Assembly: GCA_965235115.1 (NCBI GenBank) | Contig: OZ249445.1 | Span: forward strand, 4,216,001 to 4,280,000 | DNA length: 64,000 nucleotides | Source of the DNA: Laetmonice hystrix | Lineage: Eukaryota | Direction: 5' to 3' | Shown here: piece after piece, positions 11,301-23,000 of the stretch | Numbering within the stretch: position 1 is the first letter of the stretch | Layout of the letters: the number at the start of each line of letters is the position of its first letter | Translations under genes and position numbers: made by a program | Notes under the pieces: generated by a model | Told to the model about the DNA's origin: nothing | What the model saw: only the letters and a program-made list of their open reading frames with translations | Databases searched by the model: none

Positions 11301-12909
11301 CCTGTCTGATATATCTGGCGGAGACAGTTGCTGAGGAACACCCCAAAAACTTCTTCAAAAATATACCTATAGGGCTGTGGTGGGCGACAGTAACCATGAC
11401 AACTTTAGGATACGGTGACATGTTCCCGAGAACAGGTTTAGGATATATGATCGGTGGAATGTGCGCAGTGGCTGGAGTGTTAGTACTCGCACTGCCAGTA
11501 CCCGTCATTGTAAATAACTTCGCCCTCTACTACTCCCACGCACAAGCCAGGCTCAAACTGCCCAAGAAGAGGAAGCGGTTTCTGGTCGGAGCGGCCGACA
11601 TGTTGAAGACCCAGACGGGGCTGCCTGGGGAAAGCCTGGCGGAGGCGGGCAGGGTCTCGTCCCCGAGCCCCAGTGACCGATCCACGCCCGGTGTCCGCAA
11701 GGTCAGTTGTGACAGCATGGAGACGAGCGTGGATAGCGGCATCAAGACCGGAGAATGTAAGTCCCTGCTTTACTGAATGGCTGCATTTAATTTCTGGATT
11801 GACAATGTTGAACTCCCAGATTTCTCATTGAGCCCCTCTTTCAAATTCGGGTTATTGTTTCGCCGGACGCCCGTGTCCCTATAACAGATCTATTGTTCGA
11901 AGAGAAACTGCTTGTTTTGAATTATGCCAGATATGGTAGGCCTATATCTTCGACTTCATCAGAGCCAACCGTTGATGCTTTGTTTAAATGACCCTTGTCC
12001 TAGAAGTTTTGCCATTTCTTATAGGCCTAGATTTGAAAAAAAGAGCTCGGAAGGTCCAACCCATCCGGCTTAGTTTCGACGTCCCTGGGATTTCCTAATC
12101 AATGATGTTATTAATGATCCTCCAATTGCAAAGTATTTTTACCATAAATTCTATAATGGGTCTTTTGGCAGCGAACGACAGTAATGGAGTTAGCGTTGGA
12201 ATTAGCGTCATCTTCACGGACGAGTTAGCCGAGTCCCCCCGCCGGCCAACCCGGTCAGCGGCCGGGAGCAGGCCCGCATCAACCACTACCCGCCAACCGG
12301 CCACCAGACCCAGCTCAGGCAGGTCGCGCAGTCTCAAGCCGAACGGTGTGGCTGTCTGTCCGTCCATGCTCAGGGTGAACTCCGCCAATGGCCACCTGTC
12401 CTCCGCTAAAGGTAGGTCTCGCGACAAGAGCACCTGGGGTATTTACCCGCTTGCTCCCCGCTCGGCGCTTCTAATCAACACTGTCCTTTTATGACTCCAG
12501 CCTGGCCTATAAATTCCGAGCCGTAGCCCAAAGTGGTCCTCAACTTGGAAAAATGTTGCTAGAACAAATGTCAAAATTTGCCCAAGGTTGGTTTCCAGCT
12601 ATAATATAGTTCCGCAGCGGAAGTAATGCGGATAGACTGTTATGGGTATAGGTCCCTTAGATCTTTGAGACCGAGGGAGGGCGGAATAGGCCTACACTCG
12701 GAACCATATAAACTCTCTATATCGCTCGGCTGGCCACCTCTACAAGGGGCAGATATATTCCTTGTAAAACTCATGGTCTATTGTGAATGGTAACTTTTCT
12801 TGCAGACGACCCCTACACGCGGCGCCTCTCTCTCCGATCCCCGGACATCTCGCCCGCGGACGCCCCACGCCGGCGTTCCCTCAGACCACTGTCCAACATC
12901 GACGTCTGA
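8361..12909 (+). CDS. KCNC: Voltage-gated potassium channel, Kv3/Shaw subfamily; exons 8361..8972, 10799..11756, 12172..12411, 12806..12909 (about 637 aa)
   Basis: T1 domain with the HX5CX20CC motif (HAPVDVC...EPCC); S4 [17 protein letters not shown]; pore [17 protein letters not shown]; S6 [11 protein letters not shown] followed by KLPKKRKR, all Kv3-like. Splice phases 0,1,1 are consistent. The final exon ends SNIDV-TGA. The last two exons are less certain than the first two. Confidence 0.93.
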
Positions 12910-13155
12910 CGAATACAGGGGGCGCCACCAGCTACAACCAGCCACACGCCGACATCGCCATCCTTCATCGTTCGGTCTGACGGAGGGCCGGACTTGGTGA
13001 ACTACAGTTTCTGCGTTTTCACACGGTCTCACCGAGGGCTTGTAGCCTGACCCTTTTCTTACTATAGGGGCCCACACTGCATTCAGGCTATAGGCCTAGG
13101 TCATCCTCCGTATAAGGGCGTACAGGTCCGTTTTGTTTGAATGGGACTATACAAA

Positions 13156-14667
13156 CACATACTTGACAAAAGTCTAGTCTGATAACTTGAGTTCACCATT
13201 TCAAAAGACACGTGTTCTCCTGATAGGCCTATACATGAATTTATTTGTGATCCATGGCAAAGAGGGCAACAATAATGACATTAATCGTTCCCTTAATATC
13301 TCAGAATGCCCCTTAAAGATTAACGCAACTTCAAATTAATACTTTGTATGGTAAGCACGAGATTTTACAATCGCTCTGACACGTCTGGCCATGGAACTGT
13401 ACTGTATAACATCTGGGGTAACATTTCCCCACGCATGAAACAAGCATTGCATTAGCTCGTTTTTGTTGGTTGGTCCCCAGACATGTTCTATGGGAATGAG
13501 ATCTGGGAAATAGTCTGACCACTGGATCCCCTGGATGGATTCCATTGGCAGCGAACCAATCCTCCACTCGTTGGGCGTTGTGTACAGGAGCATTGTCTTG
13601 TTGAAATATGTCTCTCTCAAGACTTCATTTGTCCAACCAATGCATCTTTCGGTCGCCCGGAGTGTTCTTAATCGATTGCATAGCAAGTTCTGCTCCAGAA
13701 TATCGATGTAATCTTGGTGGTTCAGACAATTATGCTGCCTTCCACAACCACAAGTTCGACGACTACGATGTGATGCAATCCCAGACTATCACGGAACACG
13801 CTCCTTGCTGACAAACTTGGACAGATTTGACGGTTCCATTGCAGTTCCATTACGACACCAGACTCGCACCCTTTTATCGCATTCGGCCCACCTCGGGACT
13901 GTCCGGGCCAGATCCGAGTCCACAACTAGCGAAGCGACCGGAAGTTGGGCCGAGGTTTTCCGAATGCCTTTTATCGTTGAAGTCCAGGTTGAAGCGCGAT
14001 TCGTCGGAGAAGCCCAGTTTTCCTGTGTTCCAGAATCGAATACGGCTACACCAGCGCACTCATCACATCCTGTTTTGCCTGGAAATCTGAGGTTTTCTTC
14101 TGGCAATGCGACTGTATAGATTCCCGGAATATGCAGCCGACGCCTGGCAGTCTTTACAGATGTTTCGACTTAAATCTGGTCGTTCCACTGGCGGTTTATT
14201 GCATGTGGTGAGAGAGTAAACTCGTTCAGAAGAAGTCAGTCGTCGAAGCACGCGGTCATTTCGACGTGTGGTTTTCCGAGATCTTCCAGACTGAGACTTG
14301 CTCGATGCGTCATCACATCTGTCTCCTGAAACTGTCGCCAAACCCGGGAGATGGTGCAGGTCGAACCCCAAGCCTCTCAGCGATCCGATGGACCTTCATC
14401 CATCCTTGCCGCAACTCCACGATTATCCTCCGCTACTCCTCACTGACGTCCTTCCTCCCACCAATGGTGACAACGAAATTGTTGTAAATCAACTTTTTAA
14501 GATATCCCGTAATATGTGCACGGATTTGTGCGGGAAATTGGTGTTTTCCTATCGAGATTTCCATTTTTGCAAATCATACATTAATTTGCAATGACACATT
14601 GAAATGACACATTCAACTTTGTATTCAGGACTATACATTATCGGACTATACCTTTGTCCAGTATGTG
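13156..14667 (-). mobile_element. Decayed Tc1-family (DD34E-like) DNA transposon
   Basis: Frameshifted transposase pieces on the minus strand: SGRSRKTTRRNDR (HTH region), FSDESRFNL, FQQDNAPVH, PDLIPIEHVW, SMARRVRAIVKSRAYHTKY. 30-bp TIRs at 13156-13185 and 14638-14667 match 26/30, with TA on the right flank. Length about 1.5 kb. Confidence 0.88.
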
Positions 14668-15204
14668 TATACAGCGCCTACCAATAGGCCTATAGTCTTG
14701 CCGCGTGGTCGACTACGCCGTTACGGGCATGTCCAGTGTTCTTTCAGTAGCATATACAGTATTATCAGAGAAGCGCCCTGGCAGGTTCTTGAAGATCAAT
14801 ATGGGCACCATATGGGCTCTTTATAATCAGCGTGTGAATTCACTTTATAGATTGGACCCAGGAGACGTCAGGTACTGCACTGAATGTTAGAATTGAAATG
14901 AAATACCACTGCACAGTATACGCATACATGTAATTTCAATTCCTTCTTGCAATATTAATAGACCGAGGTCACCGAAACTAGTCTAGTCCCGTTGCTGTAC
15001 CTAAATTATGCCATTTTTATCACTATTGGAGTTATATATACAAAAACTATTGGAATGTTCTCTTGGCGACCATATACCGAGGGCTACCGCTTGTTTTCTA
15101 TGAAGCCCTAAGACTGTCAGCGTTGATATACGATTCCTTATACTCCTTCCACTGACTTATACGTCTGTATAATTATGTAATCTAGTTAGGATTAATAGTC
15201 CACC

Positions 15205-15344
15205 AAGGGCGGATCCAGGTCGGCGACTCGGCTCACGGGTATAGACGGGTTGGGGGGGGGGGGTGTTTGAACTGGTCACCCTAGACAGAAAACACTTTCC
15301 AGAGGCTTACAACTCCGTAAGCCCCCTCTCTGGATCTGCCACTT
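15205..15344. mobile_element. Short MITE-like element
   Basis: Imperfect terminal inverted repeats aagggcggatccag / ctggatctgccactt around a poly-G tract; similar termini to the element at 15539. Confidence 0.5.
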
Positions 15345-15538
15345 GTCCAAGCACAATTGTTTAAGGTATGGTACAGGTAAGTGGCAGATGCTGAAGTTGC
15401 ATATCCACAACAAATGTTGAAAGGGTTATTACATTTCGCACACTAATTAAGAAAACAGCAGTGCAAACAATGTATAATTATTCGCCTACCTATATGAGCA
15501 TAATAGTGGCTTAATAACTATAATGGCATAGGGCCCAT

Positions 15539-15657
15539 GCAGTGGCGGTTCCAGGATTTTTGTTCTTGGGGGGGGGGGGGGGGTGTCAAAGTGCACCCAA
15601 GTGGTTAAGGAACGTTCTAGGAACGGATCAGACTAACTCATCTGACAAGCAAGAAAA

Positions 15658-15704
<47 letters not shown>

Positions 15705-15759
15705 AGTGATTTTTTTTGGTGAGGGGTACGCCCTTTAAGCTCCCTGGATCCGCCACTGC
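15539..15759. mobile_element. MITE-like element containing a (TAAA)n microsatellite
   Basis: TIRs gcagtggcggttccagg / cctggatccgccactgc; internal poly-G and a (TAAA)n run at about 15657-15704. Confidence 0.7.
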
Positions 15760-18060
15760 CATGCATGTTGGGCCTATATCACAAAGTATATTCGTCTTTT
15801 TATAACAGCGGTACACATGTATAGTGTAGATATTAAGAGATAGAATATTTTCAAAGAATATTTCTGGAGGGTGGGGCAGAGGGAATTATTGGCGAATTGT
15901 AACCTATTCGCTGAACAGAGACTATATATCAATGGATGATTAAACGTCGTATAACAGATAATATCAAGGCGTGACTTACTTTACTCTGTTCTCATTTAGC
16001 TATATTTATAGGCCTACCTGTTTTTTTGCTGTCACATCTTTTAGTACAGTTTGTCGACCATCTAATCCGGACCTCCCTGGGCAGCCTTCCTCTCAACATC
16101 CGTCAGTCATGTAACCATATCCTGGCAGTGTGATAAATACGTGTTTATGTTTTTTTCCCTGAAGGTTTGAGAGACTTAATCTCAACTTCAGGCCATATAT
16201 TTAGAAGTCCCATGATTAAAGTTAAGACAAGTATTTTAATCTAATCGAGCCTTCTTGGTGGTCTCTGAGGTAAATGGCGAGTTTTGTGCCTGAGCTGTCA
16301 CAAGTATATTCAGCCATTTTCAATTAAGCCAAGAATACAAGGTCGGCAAATTTGCCCTTTATTACCCCCGCAGTATGAGTTTCAGGGCTATACATCTTTG
16401 AAACCAGTTCATGATAGCCCAAAACAATTATCAGATCTCATGGGGACGGAAAGGTCAGCAACCGGTATTAGGCGTAGGCCTATACCATGATATCAGAAAC
16501 AATCTACGACTTAGATAGAAAGTCTTGATATACCATGCAGGTAAAATCGATGTATGGATAGGGCAGTGCACATCAATACTGGCAATGTCTCAAGTGCTGT
16601 CACATGGACACTTTTAAACGATGTGCTGTCAGATTTCAGTTACAGCATCGATTCGTGTATGGAACATGGCGCACACAAGACCTGTCAAGTAGTATTGATA
16701 CTGCAGTCGGCGCTACAAAGGTTTAGTGATCAGTGCTTCTTCACAAAATGCAACGGGAGATTGGGGGGGGGGGGGGGTCGGCCCTGTCCTCAAGGAGAAC
16801 CGGCTTTATAATGACTAAAATTAAGACCGGAGAAAATAACAGAAACAGAAACAACCCTATCATCAAAACACCCTGCAGTATATTAAAAAAGCAAGGTTAA
16901 TTTATGATGATTGTTGATGAGGTTAACTATATATCTGAGGGTGAAATATTATTGCAAAGGTGAATAGACCTAGGAGTCTGTCTTACAAAGGTCTCGTTAT
17001 TAACGATAACCGTGAATGGGAGGTCTCTGGTTAATGGGATCCTTATTAACCAGAGACTCTATGCATTCCTCTACTGAAGTTAAGGATATCGTTAATAACC
17101 AGACCTTAGTAAGACAGGACGGGCCTAGTTCGTCCACACACACATACAGACAAACTATGCTGGCATTGACTATAGTCATCACGAACGGTATCATCAATAA
17201 CAGCTACCTCATACACAGGGGCTTTGTTTCTTCAAAAGGTGACACCGTTTTCATGGAGAAAATCTATGCTTCCACATGGATACGACTTCTTCATAATGCC
17301 ACGTAAACAAATGTACCTGTGTCAGGCTGTGTGTTGGCTCTAATACATGTATGTAGGCCTATATTCTGGCGAAATCGGACATGCATCCCAAACGCATGAA
17401 TCCAGCACTCTTAAAATGATATCTATAAGTTATTTGAGAGTAAAATAATTCTTGATCACCATTCCGGTAATTCTGGCTATATAGCCTACATCTTTATTAG
17501 AGAACAGAAAGGGTCTAGTAGGCCTACGTAGGCCTACGTACGTGTGTGTACCCTCTCAGAGAAAAGAATCACGCAGGTGCCAGGACCTCTTATTTTATTA
17601 CATCCCAGCAGGACAGGGTGGCTTGGGACAAGATGGGCCTTCCTGAAACCCACAGTCTACTCCTCCCGAATAAAAAAAAAAAATAAATAAAAATACATAA
17701 AAAAAATATTATTTTTTTGTAAACAAATAAACAAAATCAATCAATCAAAAAGATAAGGAGATTGGTCAGTATGAAATAAAGTTGCACAAATTTCAGTTCC
17801 TTCTTGTAATTCTACAGATTAAGGGTGTAACGTTCCATGGGCCTAGCCTACCTGATATGGAGGCCGAGCGGCCTACATGACATACATCATAGGTTCAATA
17901 GCTCCCCGTATAAAGGTTTGGTTTTAATGCGCGGGATCAGAATGTGTTCACCTTTCCCTCAACACGTACCCGCTCGACGTTACAGGTACACTCGAGCGTT
18001 CGGAACGCATGTGAACGCCAACATCTGGTGACTGGGAGCAGGCCCCGCCGAGGTGGGACC

Positions 18061-18751
18061 GCTGCCGGCTTACAGCACCACCTGGAGGGCATCAAGATAT
18101 ACGATTCGACCATTCTACACTAGGGGTCTCTGGTGGCGTTTACCTCCACTGGCTGCTGCCATACAGCACCACCTGGAGGGCATCAAGATATACGATTCGA
18201 ATATTCTACACTAGGGGTCCCTGGTGGCGTTTACCTCCACCGGCTGCCGACTTACAGCGCCACCTGGAGGGCATCAAGATATACGATTCGACCATTCTAC
18301 ACTAGGGGCCCCTGGTGGCGTTTACCTCCACCGTCTGCTGCCATACAGCGCCACCTGGAGGGCATCAAGATATACGATTCGACCATTCTACACTAGGGGT
18401 CTCTGGTGGCGTTTACCTCCACCGGCTGCTGTCATACAGCACCACCTGGAGGGCATCAAGTTATACGATTCGACCATTCTACACTAGGGGTCCCTGGTGG
18501 CGTTTACCTCCACCGGCTGCTGCCATACAGCGCCACCTGGAGGGCATCAAGATATACGATTCGACCATTCTACACTAGGGGTCCCTGGTGGCGTTTACCT
18601 CCACCGGCTGCTGTCATACAGCGCCACCTGGAGGGCATCAAGATATACGATTCGACCATTCTACACTAGGGGTCCCTGGTGGCGTTTACCTCCACCGGCT
18701 GCTGCCATACAGCGCCACCTGGTGGGCATAAAGTTAATATAGGATTCGACC
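18061..18751. repeat. 91-bp tandem array, about 8 copies, each with a CTCF-consensus-like motif on the minus strand
   Basis: The motif cagc(a/g)ccacctgg(a/t)gggca starts at 18073, 18164, 18255, 18346, 18437, 18528, 18619 and 18710, an exact 91-bp period. Confidence 0.95.
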
Positions 18752-20026
18752 AGTCGATCCATGCGTTATTCAGCGTCTACTCGCATTTTGGAATTTGAAT
18801 AGACCCTTTCTTACATGTTAAAAAATTTTGGAAGGGGGAGGGGGGGGGGACGAAAATGCAAGTACTATAATTTGAATAGACCCCTTCTTACATGTTAAAA
18901 AAGAGAAACAACACGAAAGATATCAAGTGTTGCCATAATGATCCCTCTTTTTTTTGGTGTACAAATAATATAGAGTCTGAATACTTTTAAAATAGGTGCT
19001 TTATTACACGTGTGTAAAAAAGAAGAAAAAGAGAAGATTCCTGTTATGTGTGGACACACCTCGCCTTCAGTGTTCTGGTGGTCGTAACTTGTTATCAAAT
19101 AGGCAGCAGCTGTTCATCACTTCTAACCACTTATTACAACCTTATATAAAGGTCCTTTATATAAGGTCCCTCGCGGGTTAAATCATTCCGCAAAGTTTGA
19201 TGGAAGATTCCGGTTAGACTGATCGTCCGCACATAACACACAAACACCCACCCAGCATGTACAAGAGAAGGAACTGTCAACTAAACTGTTCTTGGGTATT
19301 CATGGAACACAACACTGAACAAAATTATGTTTAAAAAGATGCTGAACAGACTGAGTAAAAACAGAGGTCTTGTAGTTGAAAAAGGTTCACTGGTGAATTT
19401 GGGTAGAACATCTTTTGGTCTAAATATGCAGGGCTGCAATGTCTGTATTTAAAATTTCTATTTTTAATAAATTTCATTCTAAACTTATTAAAAACAGCAA
19501 GGCTGAGCTACCGTTAAAATATAAATGTATTTTAGTTCTCAAAGCATTTAATGACCTTAGATAGACATATTAAAAGACAGAAAGCATACATATTAAAAGA
19601 CAGAAAGCATGGATGTGCAACTTGACAGAATCTTTGTTATAAATAATCAGCATACATTCCTGGCGGTTGTTGTTGATGAAATGACATTTTCAACTAGATC
19701 TATATGATATGGACACGACTTAAATGATTTCACTCAAACATTTTCAACAAAAATGCCATTGTAAAATGATGACGCCTCGACATAAAGCAACACTGGGAAG
19801 TGATCCACCAAAAGCTGATTAAAGCCTTGTTAACAAAACTAAACCACGTATTCCCAAATCCTACTGCACAAAAACAAAATATGTAGCAATGCATTATAAT
19901 TCGGAATCTACCGGTACTGTTCTGATAATTGGTATCACCTTCTACTTGTTCTTTACCTGTGGCACATGGCTCTCACAGGTGATTCTCCCAGTGACATATA
20001 AACAGGAGCCCCACACCTGGTGACCC

Positions 20027-23000
20027 TTAGTCATCACCTTCATCTCGGACCCGACCATTGCGGGATGTACTACTCCTGTCTTTCCCTCGAGACGCTGACC
20101 GTGATCTAAAACAAAAGGTGACAATCAGAACTCAGTGATTAACTATCATGATACTCTACTCCCCTGGTCAGGGAGCCAGTGAATGAAAGTGTTGTTTAAA
20201 CTTCTTGCCACATCCAAGTCTATGTCGAGAACAAATGAGTCAACATCCCCATGACGTCAGTGTGGTAATTACAACAAGATATACTTCTTCTAGCACCAAA
20301 CATTTAAATAATAATTTCACAATGTCTGTGAATTTTTAAGACTGCATTTTAAAACCAACATGGAGCAGGAAAACAGGCAGCTATTAAATAACACTGAAGA
20401 AAATAAAACATAAAATATACCTGTCTCGTGATGGTGAGCGCGATGCTGACCTTGAATGTGACCTCTTAGTCCTGTCCCGGCTACTACAAAACAAACATGA
20501 CATCATACAGAGCAGATACTGATTGCATTATATCAATACAACATTCTATTACTGGAGTCACTGAAAAACAGTTTTTTCTGCAATGCCTATTTCAAAATAT
20601 TAATCCAAGAGCCCATGTGAAACACTGACCTATCATCCTATTAGAATCGTTAACTTTGCTCACCTGTCTTTGCCACGAATGGGAGACCTTGAGGTAGATC
20701 GTGATCTTGTCCTGTACCTGTCCCTGTATGTACACCAAGTATGTAAGTCCATGTCTAATAAATCTAAAGGTCATCATGTTGCAAGTCTTTGAAAAGCATG
20801 AATTATGTAATACATTGATTTTCTAAGAAATTTCTAGGGAGAAAGAATAGGAAACAGCTAGAACATGTAAAACTTTAGGTTTTCAGTTTGTGAAAGACAT
20901 GCGACAGAAAGTTTTTTATCACTCTTACCTTGACCTACTTCTGCTCCTGTCATTGTGACCTCTGCAACAAGTAAAAACAGTCACGACTATGAGATCACCT
21001 CGCACTAAATTCTCTCAGACTCAATATCAAATTGCCCAAAGTAAAAACCCCCAACAAATAAAATTACAGTATCATACCACTAATAGAGTCTGTCAGATTC
21101 TGTGATCGTTGCCAGGAAATTCCATTTTGAAATTGAGAAAATCCCGGGGTTTTTTTTCACACAAACTTTCGAAAAGTCTGTTTCCACATTATCTCTGATG
21201 TCGTAAAAGCACACTGTGGCTTTACTGTGTATGCATGCACAAAGCGATGGGCACTTTTTTAAATACAAGTCAGTCTTGGCCAGAGGTATGGGCAGTATAC
21301 AGTTGGCAAGAAGTAGACTGGATGGACACGGTGATGTTGCTGTAATCTGTGCAAATAAATCCTTATTATGGCAGCTAGATTGGGGAGAATGACAAGTGGT
21401 AGGCCTAAAAATGCATTTTCCGTTTTTACGGTTCCACAATGGAAATCCTGTTTCAGATTCCGCCTTAAATTAGACTGTAAATTAACCTTACCATTATAAA
21501 TATTTTAAAGTTTAACAAATAAACTAATGCAGAAGAACACTCCAATATCAGAACATAGACGCACAGATTCTTAACACAGCAAAACCCATATCTGGAACCT
21601 GCAATTCACATGTCAATAAAATAACAAAGAGAACAACCACAAAGAACAGGTTGAACAACCAGCTCAGACAACCACAAGTGTTACTGCATCCTTTGTAAAC
21701 TGGAGCAGTTTCTGTACTGTTAGTTATCACAGAAATGCTTCAAACATTAATGTCTTCTGCACAATGACAACAAGTGCACAGTTGTCCGTCTTTTTAAGCA
21801 CATTGAGAATCAAACCTTTTTTCAGTCTTTCTTAATGCTAATTGGTCCACAGGGCTAACATTTCTTTGCCAACTTAACATATTTCATTGAACATGCTAAA
21901 ATGGGTGAAACACAATGGATTTGACTAATTGCAATAAGCTTGGTCAGAGCTTGATCAGGGAACTACATCACCAGTCTCCCTTACCTGGAATATGACCGGC
22001 TTCGACTTCGGTAACGCCTAAAGTGACAAAAAGTCTTAAGTTAAATTCTGAATAGGGATCAACGCCACAGAATCTTAACACCTCTTAATCAATTCCGGGA
22101 TAGAAGGGCATTACTATGTCAAAACTGCCCCAATTATTTTATTGTGGATTGACCATTTCTCGAAGACACACTCAGTTATATGCTGTACTGTAGTTGTACA
22201 TAATTATTTGTTACATGTAAAACTGGCCTCACACAAAAGCCTCAAATTACCAGTACCAGACCCTAAACTAACAGAATTTTACATAGCAAATGTGCCATCC
22301 TTATCTTTTTCTCATTGTAAAACAGCAGAAAATTGTAATATTAGAGTGAAAATAGAAGGCAGTAATGTCATAAATCATGTTTTACATTCAAATGACTAAA
22401 AGGTAACGGCATGTTTATAGACTTCAAACAAATGCTTCATGGCCTCTTCTCATAACCCACCTTGACTTGGACTGTGATCTGCTCCTTCGCCTATCCCTGC
22501 ACCAATCAAAACGAGCAATCAAATTACTAGCCCAAGTCAAATGAAATCAAAAGCCCTACTTAGAGCTCAATCATCAATCATTTCAGGGACTAATTAAACT
22601 GTGAGCAAATGTCCAGCAATACCCTGTGATACCTTGTATACTACTGAAACTTATTGAGATTTACTTATCTACAAGGTATATTAGACTTTACCTGCTGCGA
22701 GAACGACTGTAACTGCGATGACGATCATGCGACCTTGATCTTGACCTAAAAACAAACACAACAGAGTATAAATAATGGTAATGCATCTTACCTTTCGAAA
22801 AAATCAAACCTCTCTTGTGATGCTGTCAGGAAGAAACAAATATTTCAAGTCACCCAGTCCTGCAGAACAAATCTGATATTAAAATTCAACAATTTCCTTT
22901 ACAGTTTGACCTCAAAAATCCATCTTGGCTGAGCTCAACTCAGGAAATTATATTCCCTCAATGCTGTGATTTGTCTTCAACTTGAGTTATAGGAAAAGGG

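Noticed and set aside
15595-15612. tRNA A-box-like ccaagtggttaagg
   Set aside because: No B box (GTTCRA) or cloverleaf, and it lies inside a MITE. No tRNA or rRNA gene was found in the window.
18133-18742. Five similar 81-87 aa ORFs in the ORF track
   Set aside because: They are offset by exactly 91 bp and are artefacts of the tandem repeat, with no domain or splice support. Also not a CRISPR array.
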